This document shows, piece by piece, positions 1 to 10,500 of a stretch of DNA of 64,000 nucleotides (its first letter is position 1; each line of letters begins with the position of its first letter). The notes under the pieces are model-generated. The model was given only the letters and a program-made list of their open reading frames with translations, did no database searches and had not been told where the DNA came from. Source of the stretch: an uncultured Methanoregula sp. GTDB taxonomy: Archaea; Halobacteriota; Methanomicrobia; Methanomicrobiales; Methanospirillaceae. The position numbers and the translations under genes are program-made. The DNA lies in assembly GCA_964590895.1 (NCBI GenBank), contig CAZPYV010000001.1:262164-326163 (forward strand), written 5' to 3'.

Positions 1-36
1 TCCGCGCCGAGCACGAACACCACAAGGAGGACTATT

Positions 37-531
37 ATGGAATTTGACAAGGCGATACCTGATACGAGAATGCAACCGGTCGCAACCATTGTCGGGTTAT
101 ACCGGGGCACCTTGAGCGGCCTCGAACCGCTCACCAGAGATACGCCCCTCACGCTCGATGAAGTCCGACGCAACCCGATCTTTTTCGAGCTGGACCTGAA
201 CCCCGACCTGGAGGATGCGGATCTTATCATCAATGTATGCTACGACAACCTGACGCCCCTATGGCTGCAGGACCTGGAGCGGGGAACGAATCTCCCGCGA
301 GGTATCCGCTTCTGGCCATACTGGTTCGATATCCCCTACTACAAGATGATGCGGGACAGCGATGGCCGGAGGGTCTATCCCCGGGCGCCGGGCACCCATA
401 CGATCCGTATCCGCACAGCCCGCAAGAAGATGGGGCAGCAGGGAATGCGTAGGGATTTCAGCCCGGCAAACCACGGTTACACGAGCCCGGTCTTCGAACT
501 TACTATCGTGCCGGGTGAGGATGATGTTTGA
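37..531 (+). CDS. hypothetical protein (164 aa), no domain recognised
   Basis: ATG at 37 is preceded by AAGGAGG at 24-30. The stop TGA at 529-531 overlaps the ATG (521) of the next ORF, which suggests translational coupling. The region is visibly more GC-rich than the rest of the window. Confidence 0.5.
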   Translation: MEFDKAIPDTRMQPVATIVGLYRGTLSGLEPLTRDTPLTLDEVRRNPIFFELDLNPDLEDADLIINVCYDNLTPLWLQDLERGTNLPRGIRFWPYWFDIPYYKMMRDSDGRRVYPRAPGTHTIRIRTARKKMGQQGMRRDFSPANHGYTSPVFELTIVPGEDDV

Positions 532-1102
532 GAATGAGATGCAGACCCGGTCCGCCATCTGCGGAACCGGGTGCCTGCTCGGACTGGTCTTTGTTCTGGC
601 CCACCTCCCTCTTCTCATCCTTATCGTGCCGATCGTGATCCTCTTTCTGGGTCTTGTTGCAGACCCGGAGGAGTCGCACGCGGTCTGGTACGGGATGCTG
701 CACACGCTGGGCATCTTCAATCTGTCTGCGCTGACAGATGCTGAACGATTGAATTACGCTGAGAAGCGGCATTATTTCTGGTTCGGTGAGGTGGGAATGG
801 CGGCGATGTTGGCGGGGGTTTTTGCGGTTCCGCTCGGGATCTTACTTGCTGGCCGGGCGGATATCACGCTCGCGTTCATCGGGGCGTCGGTCCTGTTCCT
901 GCCGCTCTTTGTGTTCCTGCCAAAGCTGATCCAGCGGGCGATGCAAGCGGATGTCGAGGTTGTTATCGAGGCGTTCGGGAAGAACGAGCAGGTCCGTAAG
1001 GTGTTCTGGACATTGTTCGTGGCAATGGCGGGCTTAGTGCTGGCGCAGGTTGTTGACCCGGTCTCGGCGCAGCAGATTATCGGGTTGATTTCCACCGTAT
1101 AG
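521..1102 (+). CDS. hypothetical integral membrane protein (about 193 aa, about 5 hydrophobic helices)
   Basis: I used the in-frame ATG at 521 (MMFENEMQ...) inside track ORF 362..1102. The protein has long hydrophobic stretches (LLGLVFVLAHLPLLILIVPIVILFLGLV, MAAMLAGVFAVPLGILLAG, AFIGASVLFLPLFVFLP, FWTLFVAMAGLVLAQVV). Confidence 0.5.
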   Translation: MMFENEMQTRSAICGTGCLLGLVFVLAHLPLLILIVPIVILFLGLVADPEESHAVWYGMLHTLGIFNLSALTDAERLNYAEKRHYFWFGEVGMAAMLAGVFAVPLGILLAGRADITLAFIGASVLFLPLFVFLPKLIQRAMQADVEVVIEAFGKNEQVRKVFWTLFVAMAGLVLAQVVDPVSAQQIIGLISTV

Positions 1103-1207
1103 CATTGACAGCACTGCCTGAACCGGCCTAACAATCTCCCTCTCTTTTAACAACTTATCTGATATACCAACTGATTTAAACTGTATGCGATAATACACTC
1201 CTCACCG

Positions 1208-1579
1208 ATGATTGACTCCATCACCGCAGAGCAGATCTTTGATGCTGCAATCCGGATACAGGTTTGTGAAGAAAAATCCCTGGAAGTAGATTTTTTCCCG
1301 GACCGGGTCCGGGTGCGTCTACCTCCGAAGCGGGTATTGGCCCGGTCCTGCTCGGTACCGATGTCAAAAATGACTGTCATCCTATCCGAAATGGAGCAAA
1401 ATCAGCTGATCGGTACAGAACAACGCGGGGGAATGTGGGCCACCTCGCTTGGAAATCGGATCATTGTCAATTGTCTTGCACGGAAATACCGAAAAGAAGC
1501 AGAGGCCGTGCTGGGGCCGGTAGTGTTAAAAACTCTTCTCAAGCGTTTGTCCGAATCCTTGCTTAAAGGACCGGAGTGA
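1208..1579 (+). CDS. hypothetical protein (123 aa); the C-terminal half is vaguely winged-helix-like
   Basis: ATG-initiated ORF with no recognisable family and no clear RBS. Confidence 0.3.
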   Translation: MIDSITAEQIFDAAIRIQVCEEKSLEVDFFPDRVRVRLPPKRVLARSCSVPMSKMTVILSEMEQNQLIGTEQRGGMWATSLGNRIIVNCLARKYRKEAEAVLGPVVLKTLLKRLSESLLKGPE

Positions 1580-2132
1580 AAATGGGCATTTATCCCTAAT
1601 CGGAGACCTCCATAATCAGGGGGTATGTACCCTGAGGGAAAACAAGCCCGATTCGGGCTCCGTTTGCCATACCCCTTATCCGGAAAACCCCGTAAAACCA
1701 TCGGATTCCGGTCCCGCGAAAAACAGCCCGATATTTGCCCGGATTGCCCAAATATAAACGGAAAGCCCGTCGCCTATCGGCCGCCAAAGGCCATTAAATC
1801 GAGGCTGTTTTTGCCACTTAGTTTACCCCATCCGGACCCCGGAAACGCCATTGGAATGCGAATATGAGGGTCATTTTTTCGGGGGGTGAAAAAATTTGAT
1901 ATATTACCCGATATTTGTGTCCGCATTACGTGAGATTTGACGACCCGTTGGATACGATAACTCATCGCATGAATTTTTTACATTCCCATTCCTCACCCTT
2001 ATCCTAAAATATTGATAATTAGGAATTAAAAATTAAGAAATGCACGAAATAATGTTTTACATCAATAGGTAAAAAAAATGAGGAGGGGAGAGGATAATAC
2101 AGCCACGGTGTCGCATAAGTGAAGTGGCTCTC

Positions 2133-4859
2133 CTACACCCGGAACTTCGTCATCTCCGAGCTCACATTCACAACAATACTATTTACTTTTCCCACAACTT
2201 TTGTGATCTCATCCAGCGCAGCCGACGCCTCTTCTGTTGCTGCGGCTGCATCACCGGCTTCTTTTGTCGTGCCCTGGATCAGGTTGCTGACTTCATTGAC
2301 ACTTGCGGTGATCTCTTCAACACTTGCGGCCTGTTCTTCAGTTGCTGCTGCCACATCCGAACTGCTCTGGGAGATCTTTGCCACAGACTCTACGATCTGG
2401 TTAAAGACGGTCAGGGTATCTTCAACATCCTTACTGCCTTGTGTCACCTGTTGCGTGGCCTGAACTACTGCTTCTGCGGATTTCTGGCTCCTCTTTTGGA
2501 GTTCTTCGATCATTGCTGCTATGTTTTCTGCCGAGCTGCGGGATTCCTGTGCAAGCGATTTGACTTCGGCAGCAACAACGGCAAACCCTCGCCCTGCATC
2601 GCCAGCCCGTGCCGCTTCGATAGCTGCATTGAGCGCAAGGAGATTGGTCTGGTTTGCGATATCGCGGATAAGCTTGACTATCTTTCCTATCTCTTTCATC
2701 TGGTTGTTGATCTCTAAGATGTTCGTATCAACGATCTTTGTTGAATCATTGATCCTTCCCATACTCTGGTTTGCCTTGCCAGCAAGTTTGACACCGTTAT
2801 CGCTGAGCGTATTGGTGTTCTTTGCCATACCCGCAACCGACTCCATCGAGGAGGCGACTTCTTCAACAGTTGATGAGAGGTCCGACATGGCTTTTAAGAC
2901 CTGCTCTATTCCGTGATCGCTCTTTTCAGCATTCTGGCTCACCTGGCCGGTATTCTTTGCAATCTGTGAGGCCCCTACAGAGATATCACGCACTCCGTTG
3001 TCGGCAGCTTTTGCTGCATCGGAAAGCTCAGCTACCTGCTGGTTGATGAGGACTACTGCTTTTGAGACTTCAATACCGATGTTGTTCAGTGAATCCTTAA
3101 ACAGTTGGAAATCCCCGGATACCTGTAATTTCTCATCCACCCGTGCAGCAAAATTACATTGGGCATATTCAATTGAGATCCGCAATGCCTCGTTGACGGG
3201 TTCGATTACCGAGTCAAGCGTTGAGTTTACCCCATTAACGATCTTTTTGTAGTCGCCCTGGTGTTTGCCTGCATCAGCGCGGGTCTTTAACTTGCCTTCA
3301 ACTGCTGCCTTTGCAAGCATGTTGGCATCGGCAGTGAGGGCGTTGATATTATCGATACAGTTGTTTAAATTATTCTTGATCTCATTGAAGTCGCCGTTGT
3401 ACTTATCGGTAATCTTTGACGGGATGTCGCCTTTGCTGATCCGGTCTACATATTCGGCTGCCACATTGAGCGGACCAATAACAGAGTCAAGGCAGTCATT
3501 CACACCCTTGACGATCTTCTGGTAGTCGCCGTGATGCCTGCTCGCATCTGCACGCGTGTCAAGTTTACCTTCAACTGCGGCCTTTGAGAGCAGACCGGCA
3601 TCAGCAACAAGTGCATTGACCGCGTCGATACAGTTGTTTAAATTATTCTTGATCTCATTGAAATCACCGTTGTAATTATCGGTAATTTTTGACGGGATAT
3701 CGCCTTTGCTGATCCGGTCTACATATTCGGCTGCCACGTTCAAAGGTCCGATCACTGCGTCAAGGCAGTCGTTAACTCCGGATACTATTTTCTTGAAGTC
3801 GCCCTGATGTTTGCCTGCATCTGCACGCGTGTCGAGTTTGCCTTCAACAGCAGCATTTGATAGCGAATTTGCATCAGAGACCAGAAGTCCGAGTGCCTCT
3901 TTTACATCGGAAAGATTTTTGTTTATGCCAAGGAACCATTCCCGTGCCTCTTTTGTTGTTTTCGAAGCAGGGGAGATCTCTAAGTTAAAGTCGAGGTCTC
4001 CTTTGGAGAGTTTGACCAGGTTGTCGGCTATAGAGGAGAGATAAGCAGAGATATAGTTGGCCAGTTCCTCGCGGTTTGCTTCTTCGAGCAGTTTTTCGGT
4101 GAGATCATTGTACACTGCCATGATGCTCACAATCTCCCCCTCTTTGTCAAGCAGGGGGATTGTGTGCTGTTCCAGATCGTGAGTGGCTTTGGGAAATTCC
4201 ACCGTGACTTGCCCGGTCACTCCTTTCTTGGTTGCTAATGCTTCCTTGAGATTGTGCCCGCTCTTTTTTAAGATTTTGAACTCCCGGATATTCATCTTCT
4301 GCAACGTCTCTTCAGTATATCCGCTCAGGGTGAGAAACGCTTCGTTTGCCAGTTTGATATTGAATTTTTTATCAATGATGAGGAGCGGCTGGGGATTTTG
4401 CATGATCATGGTAAAGGCGAGCTGGCGCTGTTTTTCCGCTTCATGTTTCTGCTTTGCGGTCTCTGCCTCCCGGGCCTTTCTTTGGGTATATTCCTCAATC
4501 TCCCGCCTTATTGCAGGAACGAGACGGGCATACTTCCCTTTGACAATGAAGTCGTGAGCTCCTGCCCGCATTGTATCCACGGCGGTATCTTCGCCGATGA
4601 CTCCGGAGATGATGATGACGGGAAAGTCACAGTTCATTTCTTTTAATAGGGCAAGGGCAGGCATAGCCCCAAACCCGGGGATGGAGTAATCGCACAGGAT
4701 GATATCCCATGTATCCTTGCTTAACGCGTCTCTCATATCGCGGGCAGTATCCACTCTTCGCTGCTGGATTTTTAGACCGCCCTTCACGAGCTCGTCAGTA
4801 ACAAATAATGCATCATCTGCCGAGTCTTCAACCATTAATACTCTGATCTCATCTTTCAT
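2133..4859 (-). CDS. soluble methyl-accepting chemotaxis protein with an N-terminal CheY-like receiver and a PAS domain (REC-PAS-repeat-MCP, 908 aa)
   Basis: Receiver motifs are present ([28 protein letters not shown]), followed by a PAS-like segment. There are about 2.5 copies of a 91-aa repeat ([62 protein letters not shown]). The C-terminal MCP signalling hairpin is present ([35 protein letters not shown]). I saw no TM helix. GAGGAGG lies upstream of the ATG at 4859. Confidence 0.9.
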   Translation of the reverse strand: MKDEIRVLMVEDSADDALFVTDELVKGGLKIQQRRVDTARDMRDALSKDTWDIILCDYSIPGFGAMPALALLKEMNCDFPVIIISGVIGEDTAVDTMRAGAHDFIVKGKYARLVPAIRREIEEYTQRKAREAETAKQKHEAEKQRQLAFTMIMQNPQPLLIIDKKFNIKLANEAFLTLSGYTEETLQKMNIREFKILKKSGHNLKEALATKKGVTGQVTVEFPKATHDLEQHTIPLLDKEGEIVSIMAVYNDLTEKLLEEANREELANYISAYLSSIADNLVKLSKGDLDFNLEISPASKTTKEAREWFLGINKNLSDVKEALGLLVSDANSLSNAAVEGKLDTRADAGKHQGDFKKIVSGVNDCLDAVIGPLNVAAEYVDRISKGDIPSKITDNYNGDFNEIKNNLNNCIDAVNALVADAGLLSKAAVEGKLDTRADASRHHGDYQKIVKGVNDCLDSVIGPLNVAAEYVDRISKGDIPSKITDKYNGDFNEIKNNLNNCIDNINALTADANMLAKAAVEGKLKTRADAGKHQGDYKKIVNGVNSTLDSVIEPVNEALRISIEYAQCNFAARVDEKLQVSGDFQLFKDSLNNIGIEVSKAVVLINQQVAELSDAAKAADNGVRDISVGASQIAKNTGQVSQNAEKSDHGIEQVLKAMSDLSSTVEEVASSMESVAGMAKNTNTLSDNGVKLAGKANQSMGRINDSTKIVDTNILEINNQMKEIGKIVKLIRDIANQTNLLALNAAIEAARAGDAGRGFAVVAAEVKSLAQESRSSAENIAAMIEELQKRSQKSAEAVVQATQQVTQGSKDVEDTLTVFNQIVESVAKISQSSSDVAAATEEQAASVEEITASVNEVSNLIQGTTKEAGDAAAATEEASAALDEITKVVGKVNSIVVNVSSEMTKFRV
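3270..4000 (-). repeat. in-frame 273-bp tandem repeat (about 2.5 units) inside the REC-PAS-MCP gene
   Basis: The anchor tcgatacagttgtttaaattattcttgatctcattgaa recurs at 3352 and 3625, giving a period of 273. Shadow ORFs 3265..3525 and 3811..4044 start with the same peptide. Confidence 0.75.
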
Positions 4860-4950
4860 TTTGTTTCTTTCCTCCTCATTTCCTGTTCATTATTGTACAA
4901 TTCATTCTCGATCCTGAATCTGGCTGTTATTCGATTTGTGGCGTATCTCG

Positions 4951-6060
4951 TCATCCAGGCCTCTTTGGAGGTCCAAGGCCCCCATCATTAAGCGTGAAAA
5001 ATACCGTTGTCCCGCCATTAACTGTGCTCTCAAGCCAGACGCTTCCCTCATGTCGGCTGATAATTTTCTCAACGATTGCAAGCCCGATACCGGTGCCGGG
5101 GAACTGCGATTCCGGATGGAACCGTTTAAACGGCGTGAACAGGTCTTTTGCATTCGCTGAATCGAATCCTTCTCCATTGTCCCGGACGAAACAAACAGAT
5201 CTGCCATCGATTAACTTCCTGCCAAATTCTATACTGATCGGGGACCGGTTCTTTGAAAATTTACAGGAATTGTCAAGGATCTGTTGCATTGCTTGTTCGA
5301 GCAGTGCCCTGTCACCCTGCACGATCACATCTTTTTCGATTTCCTGAACGAATTGTGATGGCTGCATCGGGTGCGGGAGTTTCTGGAGGGTAGTGTTTGC
5401 AAGGGAGGACAGGTTTACCTGCTCGTTTTTCATAGGACGGCGACCGGCCCGTGAGAGCTGGAGCAAATCCTCAAAATACGCATCCATCCGGGCTGTAGAA
5501 GCCCGGAGACGGCTGATGTGCTGCTGGGCATCTGCCGGCAGGTTGGCACTATATTTGTCAGAGAGGATCTTGCAATAGCCGTCAATGATCCTTAAAGGGG
5601 CCCTGAGGTCATGGGAGACCGAATAGGAAAAGGACTCAAAATCTTTTTGAGTTACTAAAAGTGCCTGCTCTGCGTGCCTGCATCTGTGCAGGTGCAGGAT
5701 TAAGTTCTTTAATTCTGCATACTGGACATCAGGCTGGGCTGATTTCTGGCAATAGAATGCAGCACCATTTTTTATGGCTTCTGCGGCATAGTCTTCTCGC
5801 GCAAATCCTGAAAACACAATGAGCGGGATATCGATACCCTTAACCTTCATGGCTTTGAGTAAACCGGTGCTGTCCATGCCCGGTGGCATCCGGTAATCAC
5901 AAATGATTACATCGAAATGCTGCACGGTGATCTTTTGAAGAGCATCTTCAGCAGAAAGCGATGTTTCAACCGCGATGGTCTTGTCATCTTCGAGAAACTC
6001 TTTTCCTATCTGGAGAAAATCCTTATCGTCATCGATAAGAAGTACGGGTATTTTATTCAT
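4951..6060 (-). CDS. hybrid sensor histidine kinase (REC-HisKA-HATPase)
   Basis: The N-terminal receiver is clear (VLLIDDDKDF, DVIICDYRMP). The H-box is SHDLRAPL, the N-box ILDNSCKF, and the G-boxes DNGEGF and GTGIGLAIV. I used the ATG at 6060 (MNKIPV...); the track ORF extends to 6087. Confidence 0.85.
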   Translation of the reverse strand: MNKIPVLLIDDDKDFLQIGKEFLEDDKTIAVETSLSAEDALQKITVQHFDVIICDYRMPPGMDSTGLLKAMKVKGIDIPLIVFSGFAREDYAAEAIKNGAAFYCQKSAQPDVQYAELKNLILHLHRCRHAEQALLVTQKDFESFSYSVSHDLRAPLRIIDGYCKILSDKYSANLPADAQQHISRLRASTARMDAYFEDLLQLSRAGRRPMKNEQVNLSSLANTTLQKLPHPMQPSQFVQEIEKDVIVQGDRALLEQAMQQILDNSCKFSKNRSPISIEFGRKLIDGRSVCFVRDNGEGFDSANAKDLFTPFKRFHPESQFPGTGIGLAIVEKIISRHEGSVWLESTVNGGTTVFFTLNDGGLGPPKRPG

Positions 6061-6229
6061 GGTACAAGTCTCATCGCTCCCGTGCAATGGAGCGGATTTA
6101 TTGTTTTATTCCTCATCGTAATGGTGACCATTGTATCGTGTTTCATGTTGTCCGGATACGGGGAGTTTGTGAAATGCATAATAGTCCTTTTTTTACAGAT
6201 AAGGGTGTTTAAGGAATACCGGATTTGTA

Positions 6230-6257
6230 TTTTTTTTAGCTTATCCGCTAAAAAAAA
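6230..6257 (-). terminator. T8 / A8-flanked palindrome directly downstream of cheW (oligo-T terminator candidate)
   Basis: The sequence ttttttttagc-ttatcc-gctaaaaaaaa is a perfect 11-nt inverted repeat. On the minus strand it presents a T8 run 16 nt after the stop at 6273, and a 185-nt AT-rich gap follows before the next gene. Confidence 0.45.
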
Positions 6258-6272
6258 GGACAATTTTATCAT

Positions 6273-6857
6273 TTACACTCCCTTCTTTTTTTCATCCAGG
6301 CTTTGGGTAAGTTGCCGGATGTCAATCCAGATGATGAGGTCGGTCTTTTCTTTCTCCTGCTCTTTTGTCTTTCTTCTGATGGTGCCGAGGATCGCTGGGT
6401 CTCCCCAGTTGCCGCCATCCTTGTTGATATCAATATCGGTATGTTCAAACGTGGATACCGCAAGGACATCGTCAACAAGCACACCGGTCTTGACCCGTGT
6501 AATCTTGTCATCAAGTACCATGATGCGGGAAGTTTCTTTTACCAGATTTTCCTGAACAGCGATGTTCAACCGCTCCCGCAGGTCAAGGATGGTTGTTATC
6601 TCTCCACGTAAATCGATGATACCCTGTACAGCTGCAGGTGCATTGGGAAGCGGGGTGATGGCAGTATATTCAACAACTTCCCGGATATCGGTTAAGTTGA
6701 CTGCATAATGTTCCTTTCCGAGCAGGAACTCCACCACATGAATGGCTTTTCCGGTCGGGCCCGCTGCCTGGGCAGTTGCCTTGCCATAGGCCGGCCCATC
6801 TGTCAGGGCCGGCTGGCCGGTGGGTTTTACGATTCCTTCTGTCGCTGTCATGGTCAT
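6273..6857 (-). CDS. cheW: chemotaxis coupling protein CheW (paralogue 2)
   Basis: The CheW-like domain is recognisable (VVEFLLGKEHYAVNLTDIREVVEY...IIDLRGEITTILDLRERL...GVLVDDV). I used the ATG at 6857 (MTMTATEG), which has GAGG just upstream. The track start at 6914 would overlap the upstream cheW. Confidence 0.85.
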   Translation of the reverse strand: MTMTATEGIVKPTGQPALTDGPAYGKATAQAAGPTGKAIHVVEFLLGKEHYAVNLTDIREVVEYTAITPLPNAPAAVQGIIDLRGEITTILDLRERLNIAVQENLVKETSRIMVLDDKITRVKTGVLVDDVLAVSTFEHTDIDINKDGGNWGDPAILGTIRRKTKEQEKEKTDLIIWIDIRQLTQSLDEKKKGV

Positions 6858-6888
6858 CCTCGTTTTAATCCTGGAATTTTTTAATGGA

Positions 6889-7485
6889 TCACGTGAGTGA
6901 CATTCCTTCGCCAATATCTTTGAGCAGGTACTTGATATCGACCCAGATGATCAGTTCGTTCTTCTCGTGGTCCTTATCCTTGACCTTCTTTTTTATGATA
7001 CCAAGGATCGCCGTGTCATCGTTTGCATCACCGGCTGAAGTCTTGTCGATATCGCTCAGATCGAAGGTTGAAACCGATGTCACATCATCGACCATAATCC
7101 CTGTTTTGGCTTTTGTGATCTTTTCGTCCAGAACGATGATTCGGCTGTTTTCATCATTTGTCTCAGCACCCGCAGCAATATGCAGGCGTTCTTTTAAGTC
7201 CACAATCGTGGTGATCTCGCCACGAAGATCGATGATACCTTTCATGTAGGAGGCGCTGTTTGGGAGTTTTGTGATGGTCGTGTATTCGACCACCTCCTTG
7301 ACATCGAAGAGGTCAACTGCGTAGTGCTCGTTTCCGAGCAGGAACTCAACGACCTGCAACATTCCCTTCTCATGTTTTCCCGCCTTTGTCTCTTTTATGG
7401 ACTGGTTTTTATCAGCAGCTTCTGTAGCCGAAGCAAGGGAGGAGGAGATTTTTTCCTCTTCTGTTGGCTTTGTAGATTTTGCCAT
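6889..7485 (-). CDS. cheW: chemotaxis coupling protein CheW (paralogue 1)
   Basis: The CheW-like domain is recognisable (VVEFLLGNEHYAVDLFDVKEVVEY...GIIDLRGEITTIVDLKERL...GIMVDDV). GGGGGT lies upstream of the ATG. Confidence 0.9.
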   Translation of the reverse strand: MAKSTKPTEEEKISSSLASATEAADKNQSIKETKAGKHEKGMLQVVEFLLGNEHYAVDLFDVKEVVEYTTITKLPNSASYMKGIIDLRGEITTIVDLKERLHIAAGAETNDENSRIIVLDEKITKAKTGIMVDDVTSVSTFDLSDIDKTSAGDANDDTAILGIIKKKVKDKDHEKNELIIWVDIKYLLKDIGEGMSLT

Positions 7486-7500
7486 TTCAGTACCCCCGAA

Positions 7501-10500
7501 TCAGCACTTGAACTTCGAGACTTCTTTGGTCACTTTGTCAACAATATTGTTCACATTGCCAATGACCTTTGAGATCTGATCAATTGCGGCAGCTGACTCT
7601 TCGCTTGCCGCAGCGGCATCAGTTGACTCCTTTGCCGTGCTCTGCATCAGACCGTTCACTTCATTGACACTGGCTGTTACTTCTTCGACCGAAGCTGCCT
7701 GTTCTTCAGCTGCAGCTGCTACATCGCTGACGTTCTTGCTCACCTGGTCGATCGATTCGACAATCTTGGTGAAGCTGCTCAGGGTGTCATGCAGGGCTTC
7801 ACTGCCTTCCCGGACTCCGGTGTTGGCAGAAGCGACTGCATCTACTGCATTGTTGGTCTTGGACTGGAGGTTGTTGATCATCTCAGAGATCTTCTCTGCT
7901 GATGCCCGTGACTCGACTGCAAGCGACTTGACTTCAGTTGCGACAACTGCAAATCCGCGTCCTGCATCTCCAGCCCTTGCTGCTTCAATGGCTGCATTGA
8001 GGGCTAACAGGTTTGTCTGGTTTGCAAGGTCGGTGATGAGGTTGACGATCTCGCTAATTTTGTCCATCTGTCCTTTGATCTCAAGGATGATGACATTGAC
8101 ATCGTTTGAAGACTTGGTGATCCCCTGCATGCCGTTTTCGGTCTTCCTTGCAAGGTCCATACCTTCCTTGCTGTACGTGGTGGTGTCCTGCACAAGTTTT
8201 GCGGTGACATCGGCACGAGTAGCTACTTCCTGGATAGTGCGGGAGAGATCTTCCATGGCTTTCTGTACCTGTTCGATACCCGCCATTGATTTCTCGACAT
8301 TGGTGCTGACCGCACTGGTGTTCTTTGCTACCTGACCTGCACCTGCAGTAACTTCTTCAACGCTGGCATTCGCCTCTTCGGCTCCTGCGGCAAGGTCGGT
8401 TACCTGAGAACTGATGTTGGTGACTGCGGTTGAAACTGCAACCCCGATATTGTTCAATGCTTCTTTGAAGGCTAACCAGTCGCCGGGCACTTTGAGGTTG
8501 TTGTCCACACGTGTGGTGAAGTCCTGAGTTGCATATCCTTTCGATACGCGGAGAGCTTCATTGACCGGTTCAATAACTGAGTCGAGCGTCTGGTTGACAC
8601 CATCAACAATCTTCTTGTAGTCGCCGGTGTGTTTGCTGGCATCCGCACGGGTCTTGAGTTTACCTTCATCCGCTGCCTTTGCGAGCATAGCTGCATCGGC
8701 TACGAGCATGTTGACTGCGTCGATACAGTTGTTGAGGTTATTCTTGATCTCGTTGAAGTCGCCGTTGTAGTTGTCAGTGATCCTAGCAGGTATGTCTCCT
8801 TTTGATATGCGGTCTACATATTCCGCTGCCACATTGAGTGGGCCGATCACAGAGTCCAGAGTTTTGTTAATACCCTCAATAACTACCTTATACTCGCCCT
8901 GGTGCTTGCTGGCATCCGCACGGGTATCGAGTTTTCCTTCCTCTGCGGCTTTTGCCAGCATCTTAGAGTCAACCAGCAGATTTTCAACGGTCTGAAGGCA
9001 ATTTATGATCGCAGGCAGCAGGTGGTCTTGCTCACTCCGTTTCCCGACCTTTATGAGATCTGGTAGTTCTTTGGTGTCTCCCATAGCGATCTCGTTGATC
9101 TGCTTGGTCACACCAAGGAGCCGTTCGCGGACCATATTGGTCGATTCCGCAGTCGAGGCAAAGATACCCTGGTACTTGCCTTCGACTTTCTGGGAGTGAT
9201 CGTTCATTGCCATGCAATGGAGGACACGATCAGACTCAACAAGCCCCTGCATCCCATCAATACAGTTGTTTAAGTTGTTCTTGATCTCGTTGAAATCACC
9301 ATTGTAGGTATCGGTGATCTTCTTTGGGACTTCACCTTTGGAGATCCGGTCAACATATTCCGCTGCCACATTGAGTGGGCCGATCACAGAGTCCAGAGTT
9401 TTGTTAATACCCTCAATAACTACCTTATACTCGCCCTGGTGCTTGCTGGCATCCGCACGGGTATCGAGTTTTCCTTCCTCTGCGGCTTTTGCCAGCATCT
9501 TAGAGTCAACCAGCAGATTTTCAACGGTCTGAAGGCAATTTATGATCGCAGGCAGCAGGTGGTCTTGCTCACTCCGTTTCCCGACCTTTATGAGATCTGG
9601 CAGTTCTTTGGTATCTCCCATGGAGATCTCGTTGATCTGCTTGGTCACACCAAGGAGCCGTTCGCGGACCATATTAGTCGATTCGGCGGTCGAGGCAAAG
9701 ATACCCTGGTACTTCCCTTCGACTTTCTGGGAGTGATCGTTCATGGCCATGCAATGGAGAACACGATCACACTCGACAAGCCCCTGCAGCCCATCAATAC
9801 AGTTGTTTAAGTTGTTCTTGATCTCGTTGAAATCGCCGTTGTAGGTATCGGTGATCTTCTTTGGGACGTCCCCTTTGGAGATCCTGTCTATGTACTCTGA
9901 AGTGACTTTGATTGGATGTACAAAAGCCTCGATAAGGTCATTGACCCCGCCAACCAGTTTGCCCCATCCACCGTTAAACTTCTGGGCGTTTCCGCGGGTC
10001 TGAAGTTTCCCGTCCTGGGTTGCCTTGATGAGTCCGTTTGTCTCGTCAAGGAGGCCGTTCATGACATCAATACAGTTGTTGAGATTGTTCTTGATCTCGT
10101 TGAAGTCGCCATTGTAGGTGTCTGTGATCTTCGGAGGAATGTCGCCTTTGGAGATCCGGTCCACATATTCTGCCGTAACATTAATCGGGTGGACAAATGC
10201 ATCGACCAGTTCATTGACACCGCCAACAAGCGTACCCCATCCTCCGGGGAACTTCTGGGAGTTGCCGCGTGTGTCAAGTTTTCCTTCTTTTGTAGCTTTA
10301 ATGAGTCCATTGGTCTCGGCAAGGAGGCCGTTCATCACGTCAATACAGTTGTTCAGATTGTTCTTGATCTCGTTGAAGTCGCCATTGTAGGTGTCTGTGA
10401 TCTTCGGAGGAATGTCGCCTTTGGAGATCCGGTCCACATATTCTGCCGTAACATTAATCGGGTGGACAAATGCATCGACCAGTTCATTGACACCGCCAAC

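Noticed and set aside
1831-1870. Weak resemblance between CCCCGGAAACGCCATTGGAATGCGAA (about 1838) and CCCGGAACTCCGGGCGGAATGTGGGCGAA (about 11932), hinting at a shared GC-rich element
   Set aside because: The alignment needs several gaps and covers fewer than 30 nt. I could not extend it on either side.
1402-1965. Several overlapping 60-100 aa ORFs on both strands (1402..1701, 1596..1787, 1625..1867, 1774..1965)
   Set aside because: They are mutually exclusive, Arg/Pro/Gly-rich and without start-site context. This is typical of stop-codon depletion in GC-rich non-coding or decayed DNA.
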